The translations under genes and the position numbers were made by a program. Positions 35,819 to 51,784 of a DNA stretch of 64,000 nucleotides are shown here, piece by piece; within the stretch, counting starts at the first letter, position 1; each line of letters starts with the position of its first letter. The notes beneath the pieces were generated by a model. The model ran no database searches. It saw only the letters and a list, made by a program, of their open reading frames with translations, and was not told where the DNA came from. Origin of the DNA: Protoeuglena noctilucae (lineage: Eukaryota); contig OY253672.1 in the NCBI GenBank assembly GCA_958009085.1, positions 682,001-746,000 on the forward strand, in the 5' to 3' direction.

Positions 35819-38537
35819 TTAGATGGCAGCGACGCGCATCAGGTGCGCGTTGAGGTCGGAGGCCAGGTTTAGCAAGGAGCGCACGGCCTCTGAGAGGTTC
35901 GAGTGCGCCTCCCGGTCCCGGATTTGCTCCCTGAGCGCCTGGGCCTGGCCCTCGGTCTGGACCAGCCGCGCCTCCAGCTGCGCCACCTGCTGAAGGACGT
36001 CGTTCTGCAACAGCTGCGCCCTGCGCGTCTCGACCTTGCCCAGCCGGTCGCGCGCAACCTGCCGGAGGAACGGTGTCCTGCGCGACAGCAGCGCCGGGAG
36101 ATGAATGACGTCCCAGCCCATGCAGCCCATCTGGCTTGCCAACGACAGATGCCAGCCAATGCGACCAATCCCCGGCCCACAAGTGTGCCGAGCCCCGTCG
36201 CTTGCCGCTGTGCACCCCGCCGCGCCCCGCGACCCTCACCTTAGCTGCAGCATCCTCCGCTGCTTCTCCAGCAGAGCGCGCTTCTCGACGGCTCCCGCCC
36301 GGACCTGGTCGGCGCTCGGCAGGTTGGCCAGCTCCTGCTGCACCTTCTCTGTGGCCTCCTGGATCTGCGCCACCTCCTCATCCACCTTCGACCCCAGCTG
36401 GTCCAGCTTCTCCAACTCCGCACGCCTCGCCGCCAGGTCGTCCTGCGCCGCCACCAGACCGGGCATGGGACCCCGTGAGGCTAGCCGCGACGGTGATGCG
36501 CGCTGTTACCGATGAGCCTCCACCAATGTGCTGTCATCCACCGCCCCTTCATCTCAGCTCCGCTTCGCTCAACCCGCTCGCATCCACCGCTCGCATCCAC
36601 CATCCGTCACCTTGAGCCTGTCCTTGGTCTGCCGTGCGTTCTCCCCTTGCATCTTCTTGTACTCCAGCTCGTCCCTCATGGTCGTGAAGTCCTTGGCGTT
36701 TGGCAGCGCGCTCGTGTTCTTCAGGGCCTCCCCCAGACGACGCAGGCCGTTCAGCAGCTCCATCACCTCGGCCTGAGACTCCGCCAGCCGCCCCTCCGCG
36801 TGGTGCTTGGCGTCCGCGGCGCCGTCGATGAAGTTGCGCATCTCGGACTCCTGCACCTCCAGGCGCCGGAACTTGTCCGCCCGCTCCTCTGGCGTGTCGC
36901 CGGCCTCAGCCACCTGAGCGCAACGGGCGCAGGGGCGCGTGAGCCCGAGCCATGCCAGCGGACATCCACATGCACCTGATAGGCTGGCATGTGGTCCGCT
37001 TGCAATATGGCCACCCTGGCGAGACCAGCTTAGCCTGGAACACTTCCTCGTCGGCCCAAGCCAGACAGCTGCGACGGGGACCGGGCCCCTGCGCGCCGCA
37101 CCTGCACCGGCTGCGTGGCCTTGCTGAGCCTGTCGTCCATGCGCTTGACGTCCGCGACGGCCTCCCTCAAGCGAGCGTCCAGGGACTGCAGCTCGGCCAG
37201 GTCCCGTGCCTGCTGCTCCGCCAACGCCGCCTTCTGCTTCTCTAACGGCTCGTGCATGCGGTCAAGCTCCGCCTGCAGGTCGTACCGTTTGTCCGTCAGC
37301 TGCTGCACCTCCTCCTGGAGCCTGCGAGGGTGGGGTAGGAGCAGGCGCGATGGGTCGACACAGCGAACGTCGCACGGCCCCGCCAGCGGCGCAGTCCTGC
37401 GCTCCTCCGCCGCGTGCGGTCACCTCAGCGCTTGGCCCTTGAGCGGCGTCTCCATGAGCTCCGCCTCGGCCTCCTGGATGGCCTTGTCGACCTCCTTGAG
37501 CCGCGCCTGCACGGTCCGCTGTTCCGACATGAGCATCCGCTCCTCCTGCTGCAGCTGCATCCACTCCTCCTGCTGGTGCACCTGCGGCGCGAAGCAGGTG
37601 GGGTGGGTAGGTTGGCACTGTAGCGACATGCACCTTCATGCTACGTGATGGAGGGTACACGTGACGCGCTGGCATGCGGTCTCACGTCCAGCTCCTGGAT
37701 CCGCGCGTCGATGGCCCCGCGCTGCTCCTCCACCCGCGCCTCCGCCTCCTTCGCCGCCGCCTCCGCCTTGTTTCGGGCCCGCACGATCTCCTCCAGACGC
37801 CGCCTCTCCGACTCCGCCTCCTGCTTGATGCGCGGCAGCTCCGCCGCCATCGCCTCCGCGTTCGTCCCCAGCTGCGCGTTGTCGATCACCGCGTTCAGGT
37901 CCGCCAGCTCCCCCTTCAGCGCCGCCACCTCCTCCAGCAGCTGCGCATGGCGCCGCTCGCTGGCCGCCTGACGGTCCGACTGCTCCTCCCACCGGTGGAT
38001 CTGCTCGTCCAGGCGGGCGTTCTCCTCGACGATCTCGCGCAGACGCTTCTGGAGCTGCGTGATCCAGTAGTTGCGGTCCAGCACGTTCCGCGGGCCCGCG
38101 GACGACCCCGCACGCAGGCCCGCCAGGCCCTGCTGCGTGACGGGGCGCTCCGACACGGACACGTTCATCGCCTGCGCGATGCCCTGGCTGACGGAGACCT
38201 TGCCCGTGCCGGGACGCATGCCCGCCGTACCCGGCGCCGCGCCGCGCATCGCGGTGCCCGGGGGCATGATGGGGGGCGCGCCTCCAGCACCCATTGGCGC
38301 GGCCATCGGCGCCGCCAGGCCCGGCATGCCCCCGGCCGGACCCGCCCCTGCGTTTGGAAAGAGGTAAACTAGTCACGCAAGCCCCGACTCGCACTCGCAA
38401 GGGACATGCGAGGCGTCTCGGCCAATTGCAACAGCGCTGGCCCTTTCACCTCCGAAGCCGCCCCGGGAGGACCTCCCCGATGATTGGGGCGGAGCCATCG
38501 GGTTTCCAGTTCCTCCTCGAGATGCAGGTCGGTCCAT
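35819..38537 (-). CDS. IFT74: Intraflagellar transport protein IFT74/72; multi-exon
   Basis: MDRPASRG start; RPGT repeats; VSVSERPVTQQGLAGL...RNVLDRNYWITQL; long coiled coil; MRDELEYKKMQGENARQTKDRL. Confidence 0.92.
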
Positions 38538-39245
38538 TTTGCCCTGAAATCCCCTTCGCTCCCCGCGGGGGGCCTGCATGTGTTGGATCCAAGTGGGGCT
38601 GAAGAGCGCTCAATACGCCATCCAGACGAGAATCTCGGGTACAGTTCGACGCTTAGACAATACAAAGGTGCATGGACGGCGTTCGCTTGTGAGCAGGGCG
38701 CGGACAGGCGGTCAATCCGTCCCGAGCGTCGTTTGAAGCAACAGACCCAGGGCGTCGTTGCCGGGGGGTCCCCCGCTAGGATACGAAACTCGACGCTCAA
38801 AGCACGTGATCCTGCACCTGCAGCGAACGCTCCGCCGCAGAGGCGAGCCTGGCAAGTGTGCACGCCGCGGGGCTTCTGTGCCCCCGACCGTCATCGCCTC
38901 CCAAATTCTCGTGCGAGTATTGTATTCACCTGACAGTTACCGAGACGAGACGCTGGAGTCGCTCCCGTACTCCTTGGACTCGTTCTGTGCCGCAAGAGCC
39001 ACGGCAGTCGCGAATGACTGCTTGAGCACAGCAGAAGTGTAGTCAGGTCGCCGTTTCCAGCCGGGCTGTGATCACGCTGCAACGAGCTGTCAGACGCCAT
39101 GACATACGTGCTGCGCCTGGAAAGCGCCAGGCACATCATTTTCACTCAAGCTTTCGCGGCGACGATATCAAGTTCGCGATGAATGGTTGCTGAAAACTCT
39201 TTATGGGAGCCTTCGTGGCCGCGCCAGCGCGGGAGGTCCGCCGCG

Positions 39246-43641
<4,396 letters not shown>

Positions 43642-44011
43642 TGAACCACAGAGCCATTTAAAAGGGTGGATTCAAATGCAGCGCTCTGCCGACAAGCGGT
43701 GGATGGAGGGAATGCATCGGCTCGGCCGGATGAGGTGCTGAGCGGTAATAGGATGAGTTGCCGCGCAGTCGGTGCACGATAGGGGTAGCCGCCGTAGATG
43801 GTGATGCGATGCCGGTTCTGGAGCACGTGGGTCCCAGATACTCGTCCGCTAGGAACGTGGGTCAAGCAGTGACGATTCACTTAGCCCCCTGGTACTGCGA
43901 CGAAGGGAGAGGGAGGCATGTCAGTCGAACTGTGCTTACCGTTCCACTGCAGTCCGACACCCGCTCATCGCCAGACCATCCTAACCGCCCTTCACCACCC
44001 CGTCGGTCCTG

Positions 44012-45382
44012 CTAATCCCATCCTGGTCTCACCAGGATGTCGTAGTGGCCTGGCCGGTAGAGCAGCGTGAACAGGGGCTCCTTGCTGCACCCCTCCGGCA
44101 CGAAATCGTGGTGAGGGACGGTCCCAGCCTCGGCGTCCACGGCGCCGTCGAACCCCGCCGGGCTGCCATCCAGGTACATGACCCTGAGGGGAACACCCAA
44201 GGCATCCGAAAGGGCGACGATGTGGATGTGGTCGCTCTCCTCTCCCATAACCACCACTGCGGACACACAGGGCTCGTGGGCCACTCGCAAACTGCCGAGG
44301 GCAGTCGTGCGCTAGCCAGCCAGCCAGCCACCGCGCTGATCTAGTCACCGGACTTGTTGCAGAACTCCCCCACCGTCATGTCCGTCATGCCCAGCACGAA
44401 GGGGGCAAAGAAGTCGGTCCGCCTCTGGATTTCGGCGGACGTCACGAATCGCAGCAGCATGACGAGCATCTGGCTCGTCCCCTCGTCCCGCATCGACAGC
44501 AGGATCTGCGGGCGCCAGTGCCAGCGATGCAGTTGAGCCTCGGCGCTCGCCCCGACCGGTCGCCCCAGCGGCCTCACAGGCGCCGCGGACGAAAACACTC
44601 ACCTCCTCCACCGACGGCGACTGCTCACGGGTCCCCGCCAGGTCCGTCAGGACGTCGAGCGCGTCCTCGAAAACGATCCGATCGAAACCGCCCTGCTCGA
44701 GCATGTCCGCGGAACGCGACATGACGCCACGGAAGCGCTCGCGCTCCTCCTCGTCCCCCGACACCGACAGGTATTCCAGATACGCGAAGCAAAAGCCCCG
44801 GAAAAAGCAGTTGCCGTCCCTGCAGGGCGGGCCAGATGTCGCGCTTTGGAGCTCCAGCGCTCGGTGCCCTGCCGGCGCTCATGCGGGCCGACCGGCCTCC
44901 TCACCCGCGCGTGCGACGCATGTGGGAGTACGTCGCAGACAACGACTCGATCTTTCTCCGGAAAACAGCGCTGCCCCTTTCGTACTCGCTGCGACCGCGA
45001 AGAGCGAGAGTTTTGCCCTCGTGCGCTCGCCCGCGCAGTGATCGCGCGTCGCTGACACGGCAGGGTCTCACCTGTAAAGCGCCGTCATGCCCTCCAAATC
45101 GCCAATGTAGTTGACGCGGCTCGCCTCGGCCATCCTGTGCGCACAAAGGGGCTTCAGGCTTGGTACAGCGCCGCTGGGCGCCCGGCGAGAGCGTTGGCCA
45201 GATGCTCGCCCTCACCGGATCATGTTCTCTTGGGCAAGAATGTCCTCGTCGGTCGGGCGGCTCGCGGCGTCCGGTGTCGGTTCGTGCAAGCTCCCAAGCC
45301 CCACCGCTGCGCCCGCGTCGACCCCGCTGGTCGTGGCGGGCATGGCCCCAAGCTCCTGGCTCCCATCGTAGTTGCCCGCCAT
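44012..45382 (-). CDS. OTUB1: Otubain-like deubiquitinase (peptidase C65); multi-exon
   Basis: RRTRGDGNCFFRGFCFAYLE (catalytic Cys), MGEESDHIHIVALSDALGV, LLYRPGHYDIL (catalytic His). Confidence 0.95.
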
Positions 45383-45671
45383 CCTGCACGGCCCAGGGCC
45401 TCTTCTTTTCGTTTCCCAGAAGCGGGCAGGGCACAGACCGGGAGCACGCTCCTCTTTGACAACAGCACGCTCCTGTCGGCACGGTCGCCTCAATCTCTAC
45501 GTCAAGAACGCGGAGGCCACAGGCGGGGATGAAGAGGCCGAGGTGGGGATACCTGACGTCAGGTGCACGAAACACCACGGCCGCCGGGGCGAGACGGGAC
45601 CGCGATCCCCCGCTCCACCGCCCTTTCCGGAAGGTGGCTGCGCCGCAGAGGTCTGAAGAAAAGCGGAGAGG

Positions 45672-46610
45672 ATGGCGCAGCGGGTGACGTACCGGAGGCG
45701 GTGCTCGTACGCCACCAAGTCCAACAAGACCCGCATGGTCAAGACCCCCGGTGCGTTGCAATCGTGACATGCCGAAGACCCTCTGCTTCCGCGCGGAGCG
45801 GCAGCGGCGCCCCCTCCGAACCCCCGTCGTCGACCCGCCCACCCGGAGCTCTTTGGCTGCCGTGCGCGCGCGCCGTTGCTTTCGTTAGTTTGCCGGGGAC
45901 CTGAATGCCGTCGCGGGTCGCTCCTGGGCCCCGTGGCGGGCTTCGGGCACGCCTGGGGATGGCAGGGCGAATGGCGCGCGTGCCGGTCCCCATGCAGGGC
46001 GTCCTGGTTCTTTTGTCGCTGCTGCCGGCTCCTCGCGCAGCGCGGCTCTCCCTTCGCGCTGCTTCCAGCTCGCGATCCTTTCCAGGACCCCCCGCCCCGC
46101 TTCCCGTCACCGCAGGCGGCCGTCTGGTGGTTCAGTACATGAAGAAGAGGGGTGCCATCCCGACCTGCCCCATCTCCGGCCAGCGCCTGAACGGGGTGAG
46201 CCGGGGGCGCGGCAGCGTGGCGTGGCGGTCCCCGGCCGCCGCCGGGGCGCGCACGCGCGAGATAGCAGCTGCGTGTGTACAGCCACGGAGGCTCCGCCAC
46301 CTCCGAGGCTGATATGGCCAGTTGCGAGAGCGCCAGGTCACCTCGTACTGACGGGGCGTGGCCCGCCGCGGCTGCCCCGCAATGTGGCGTGTCCGACACC
46401 CACCGCCCCCCTCGCCCTCTCCCTCGCGCACAGATCCCCATGGTGCGGCCCAACGACCTGAAGAAGTTCTCCAGGCGGGTCAAGACGGTGAACCGGGCGT
46501 ACGGCGGCCACCTGGCCGCCTCGGTGGTCAGGGAGCGGATCGTCCGGGCCTTCCTGGTCGAGGAGCAGAAGATCGTCAAGAAGGTGCTGAAGCTCGGCGG
46601 CGGCAACTGA
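45672..46610 (+). CDS. RPL34: 60S ribosomal protein L34 (eL34); 3 exons
   Basis: [34 protein letters not shown]...[35 protein letters not shown]; introns 45751-46115 and 46196-46433. Confidence 0.97.
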
Positions 46611-47227
46611 GCCGCGGGTCCTGCCGGCGTTTTCGAGGGGCCCCACGGTGCCCAGCTGCGCGCTCGTGGTCTGCATGTGCGTGGGGCGACGCGGCGGGCC
46701 GCGCGGGGCCTCTTTGAACGTCGGAATCGTTAAGTCGGACGCGTTCAACGACGCCACGGACGCTGTTCAAGGCGTATGGCCAACAGCGGGGCATGCAAGG
46801 CCCGAGCTACTCGGATGCTAACGATGGCGGTGCTGGATGTCCTGCAAACTAAAAGAAAGTGGCGGATCCTTGTCGTGCAGCAGGGTGCATACGAAGGCGC
46901 CGGGCGTGGTTCAGGGCCAGGCTGTCCTGGGCAGGCCACTGACCCCGGCGCAAGCACCCGCGCAAAGGACACAGGAAAGGCGCATGCCGCGTCGGCTGGC
47001 GCGGCGCATTGGCACTGACAAATCTGTCCTCGACGTCAGGAGGTGGGCGCGAGGCCTGCCGGCCCGCCCCAGGTGCGGCACGGGTAGCGGTCTTGCGCCC
47101 GCTGCGGCACCCGCGCCCCTCCTCAAAACTCGAATGTCTCCCTCGGCCCGCACCGCGCCTCGCCGCCCATCCCCGGCGGCTGCGACCGAGCTCCCGCGGG
47201 GCCTCCCAACGGCCGCCGCCGCTCCCA

Positions 47228-50168
47228 TCAGCCCAAGTGCATGGGCGCGGAGGAGTCGCGCGACATGGATACGGAGCTTGGCTGTGGCCCCGACACCCCC
47301 GGCCCCCCCTTGGCCGTCTGCGTGCGCCGGAAGCGCGCGAACAGGCCCCCCGTCCCTTTCTTGGCCTCCGTCGCCTGCTGCAACAGCTGGTCCTGCGTGG
47401 GGTGGGCAACGCACGCACGGCTCTCGCTCTGTCTCACATCAAGTAAGCTGTCAGAGATGACAAGTAAAGCGAGGCGGTCCGGCAAGCAAGGGTTCGATGC
47501 CCTGCGTCCCGTCCCCCGCACGACACCTCGCCGGCCCACACCGCGCCCTCAACACACCTTGAGCTGTCCGAGGAGCCCCGCAATCTCGGCAAACTCGGGC
47601 CGCTGCTCGGGCTGCGTCCGCCAGCAAGCGCGCATGACGTCCGCCAACGGAGGCACCACCGTCTCCGGGATGGGCGGCCGGAGCCCCTTCTGCACCACCC
47701 CCACCGCCGCTTGGAGCGGCGTCAGGTGCGCGTGGGGCACCTTGCCCGTGATAAGCTCCCACAGAAGAATGCCGAACGAGAACACGTCCGCCTGCACGCG
47801 AGCAGAGCCAAGGGTCTCTTATCCCCTTGTCCCTCGGCCCCGAAAGCCTCGTGGCGCGCGCCGCCGTCGCGCTGCCCGCCCACCTTGTGCGAGTAGGGCC
47901 TGTGCTCGATGACTTCGGGAGCCATCCAGCGGTACGTGCCCGTCTCGGCCGTCATGACCCCGTTGGTCACCACCCGCGCCACACCGAAGTCGGCGATCTT
48001 CACCGTGCCGTGCTCGTCCATGAGGAGGTTGGCGGCCTTCAGGTCACGGTGCACGATGCGCATCTGGTGCAAATAGTCCATCCCGCGGGCCACCTCGACC
48101 CCGACCCGGATCACCTGTGGTCGGGAACAAAGCGGGCGCGTTGGTGCTGGCAGCGTGCCGGTTGGCGGCGACCCGGCGCCTCCTAGGAGCGTGGGCAGCG
48201 GCCCGCACCTGCTCAATGGACAGAGGCCCGTGTCGGCGCATGTAGTCGAAGACCGACCCGCCTTGCATGAACTCGAACACGATGCACAGGTTGGGCTTGC
48301 GGGTGCACGCCCCGATGAACTGGACCACGTTCTTGTGCCGCACTTTGCGCATGATCGAGACCTCCTGCAGGAACTCCTGGTATTGCTGCTCGTTCTCGTG
48401 CACGTCTTTCAGGATCTTGACCGCCACGTCCTGCCCCGCGTAGTACCCCTTGTACAAGTCCCCAAACGACCCCGAGCCGATGATGCTGCGGGCAAAGGGG
48501 CCAGGGAAAGAAGTGAGGAACCGACGAAGCGGCGCGGCGGGACCATCTCGGCGCAGGCAGAGCAGGAGCAGGAGCAGCGTTGTTACCTGACCAGTTTGAG
48601 CTGCTCTGGGTTGAGCTCCCAGTCGTCGACGATGGGCTGCAGCGGCGGGGCCTGCAATGCGCCGGCGAGATCGGACAGGGCCGCCTGCGCGCGCTCCTGC
48701 TGGAATGGCGCCACCTGCTGCTGCAGCCAGGCAGGAGCCGGCTGCACCTGCACGCTCTGCGGCTGCTCTCCGGAGAAGAGCGCCCCGAACTTCTCCGCCA
48801 GCGCGTCCTCGAGGCCCTCCAGCGCCTCCAGAGACCACCCGTCCACGACGAACACGTCCAGCGAGAAGCCGTCCTTGGTGTTGAACGCGTGCGCCTCGCG
48901 GATGTTCAGCCCCAGGTCGCCCAGCGCGTTGCTGAGGCGGGACAGCAGCTTGGCCTGCGGGCAGACGGAGCGAAGGGCGGTGGCCGCCGCGGCTGGGGCC
49001 CGGCGCGGGGAAGCCGTGCTCTCCCTGTGCGTGGATTCCCACCTGGTCCTTGGAGGCGATGGTGACCTCGTAGCAAGGTATCGTGACGTTGCTCTCGGAT
49101 GCCATGTCCTCCTCCCCGCCCAGCCCGCTCAGGGACGGCGACGACCCGAAGGCGGGCCGCGGCAACGCCTTGTAGCTGCTCCCGAGGCGCGCGAACGACC
49201 CCCGGTGCTCCCCGCCGAGCGAGTTCCGCCCCGGGCTTATGGGCGCCGGACTCAGCGGGGAATTCTCCTGCCCGAGCTCCTTGTTGAGGTTGGAGGCGGC
49301 CTCGGCAGCGTTCGCGACGGCGTCGACGATGCGCACCTGGGGGCGGGGGCACCGAGGGATCCGCGGGCTGCAGGGGGCGCGGCGCCTCGGTTGGCGGAAA
49401 GAGCGATGCGAGAGCAGGTCCCCAAACGAGGCCACGCGCTCCCTGCCTCGCGGAGCGCGGGGTCGGCAAGCGTATGGCGCGTGCCCCGCGTCCCCCGGCG
49501 AGCCCGCCACCCCGGGAACGGAGATCGCAGGGTGTCCGGAGCAGCGGGCCGAGAAAAGGCCCAGGAAAACGGAGGGCGAGGGGAAGGCGCGCGGAGACGC
49601 GTGGGGGCGGAGAAAACGGCGTCCAGGCCGGCCAACCCTAGGCGAGCGGCCCCCCTGGCGCGCAGGGCCCAGAGCGGGCTCCGTGTCGACCCCTGCCGGC
49701 CCGATACGATGCAAAGGTAAAACGAGATCGGCGGCATCGCCCCCGGCGGGCCCACGCGCCGGGTCCACGCCCCGCCTACGTCACGCTCGCCTGGAAGCAG
49801 ACGCTCATGGGGTTCTGCCGCGCGCTGTCGAGCAGTTGCTTGTGATTCTGCACGCAGAAGGCGGGGGCGCGGCGCCCGTCGCTCGGGGTCGTCGGCGCGG
49901 GACGCGAGATGGGGTGCAGGCCCGGGAGGCCTGGCTCGAGCCCCCGGCGGCGAGGCGGGCCGGCTGGACGCGCCCGGCATCCGGTTCCCCCGCGCCGCGC
50001 GCTCACCAACACATCGAGACCCTCTGTGTTGACCTCGATCGCGTACAGCGTCGGCAGGCTCTCAAAGTGCTTCCGGACCTCGTGAATGAGCTCTGGGCCC
50101 ACCGTGAGTTCCGCCCGCTGCCGCAAGTTCTCGATGTACACGTCGCAAATCTGCGATTTCTTGGACAT
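47228..50168 (-). CDS. ACT-domain Raf-like protein kinase (STY8/17/46 family); multi-exon
   Basis: [17 protein letters not shown] domain [49 protein letters not shown]; kinase [29 protein letters not shown]. Confidence 0.95.
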
Positions 50169-50613
50169 GCGGCTCGCCCGCGCGCCGGCCGGAGGTCCCC
50201 CCTGGGCGCGAGGGCCGGTGGAGTTCGCCATGCGCCCCCGACGGCCCTCAGCCGGCCCCCTAGGGCAGGCCTGCCCTGCTCCCGCGATGCCGCACTGCCC
50301 CCCCGCCCCGCGCGCGCGGCGACCGGCCGAAAGATGAGGAAGGCGCGCGATCTCCTAGTTCCATTCAAAGCGAGAGATCGTCTTGCATCGGGGACTCGGG
50401 TTTTCCGGCCACGGCAGCGGCCAGGGGCGGCAAGGGCCGACGGGGGAGTGCCCGTGACCTACCCGCCAGTACACCGCGCGTCGCAGGGCAGCCAAATGGG
50501 CAAAGCAGCTTGCTGCCCTCCTCTCGTGCCCCGGGCAGCCCCCCGATCTGCCATTGCCGAACCCCACGCGCCTGGGACGCCCGGTTGGGTCGAGGAAGGG
50601 TGACTGGGCGTGG

Positions 50614-51716
50614 ATGCGCGCGTGCGCGCCCTCCTGCTCGGCCATCCGTTCGCAGGGGAGGCGGGGAGGACCCCCACGACCTGTCGCCGCGAGGGCGTAC
50701 GCGCAGGCTTATGGCTCAGGGTGAGCACGGCCGCTCCGCGCAGGCGCATTTCCCTCACATATTCTCGCTCAGCTGTGACGAAGGAAGCCCGTCATCGCGA
50801 CACTCGTTGCCGTCGCAGCGATAATGCCGCGCTGAAAACCCGAATCACTCATCTCGTGGCGCCGACGAACCGTGGGAAGTACGCAGACCGGGAAGCTCAT
50901 GCCGCTATCGCCGAAGCATGTCGCCAGCTCTCCGTGAGTGGCTGCAGCGCGAGCTTGTAGCTGAAGCGGTCCTCCTGGCCCCCACACACGCCTGCGACGT
51001 GTGCCCGGATGCAGGTGAACGCCATTGAGGCGGTGCCGGTCCTTGGCTCGCCCCCAGCAGTCGAGGGACGCTGGCGACTCCTCTACTCCTCCGTCGAGCC
51101 TCTCCGGTCTTCCCCGGTCTTCTGGGTTTTGGCTGCGCAGGTGCGCGCCCTTTGCTGCTGACAGCCCCTGTAATCAAGCCCTGGCCATCTCGAACCACTG
51201 CTCCTGGCGCTGTCGCTGCAGAACCGCAGCCTCGCGGCCCAGCTCTTCGGCGTGACGGACCAGATACCGATCGCGGACGTCGGCGACGTGGTCCAGGTCA
51301 TCGACCTGTCCAGCGGAACGCTCGAGTCGCGCATGGATTTGAATGTGTTCCCCGGCGTCCGAGGGACGGTCGTCACGCAATGCGCGGCCCGCGCAGCGCC
51401 GCCCGACGCCGTGGAGCTGACGGTGCAGCGCGCGACGGTGCAAGGGGCCACGACGTTCCTCGCGCCACTCGTCAACCGCCTCTCCCTGCCGGTCAAGGCT
51501 GCCGTGGAGCTCGCGAGGTGCGCCGCAGGACGCTGCTACTCCGCGCGGCTCCAGGTCGTGGAACCCACGACTGACCCCTCGCCACATGTGACCCGCCCCC
51601 CGACCCCATGCAGGGGCACAGGCGCAGCGCAGGTCGCGATGCGCACGACCTACGTCGACCAAGACTTCCGCGTGTCCGTGTTCGCCGATGACCTGTTCGT
51701 GTTCCAGAGGATCTAG
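50614..51716 (+). CDS. Plastid lipid-associated protein / fibrillin family; multi-exon
   Basis: Transit-like MRACAPSCSAIRSQ...; LKTRITHLVAPTNRG; VEGRWRLLYSS; C-terminal TTYVDQDFRVS...LFVFQR. Confidence 0.85.
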
Positions 51717-51784
51717 TGGGTGCCACTGAGAGAGAGAGTGTCGGTGACGCAGCACAGTTCAAATCGCATCCGTGTGGCGTCGGC

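Noticed and set aside
38540..39240. Longest divergent intergenic region as a hidden gene or ncRNA
   Set aside because: Only short motif-less ORFs, and no tRNA cloverleaf or snRNA signature recognised; consistent with the promoter and UTRs of IFT74 and the AAA ATPase.
46714..46748. ttgaacg...cgttcaa inverted repeat downstream of RPL34
   Set aside because: A 7-bp stem is expected by chance; it matches neither a histone stem-loop nor a SECIS pattern.
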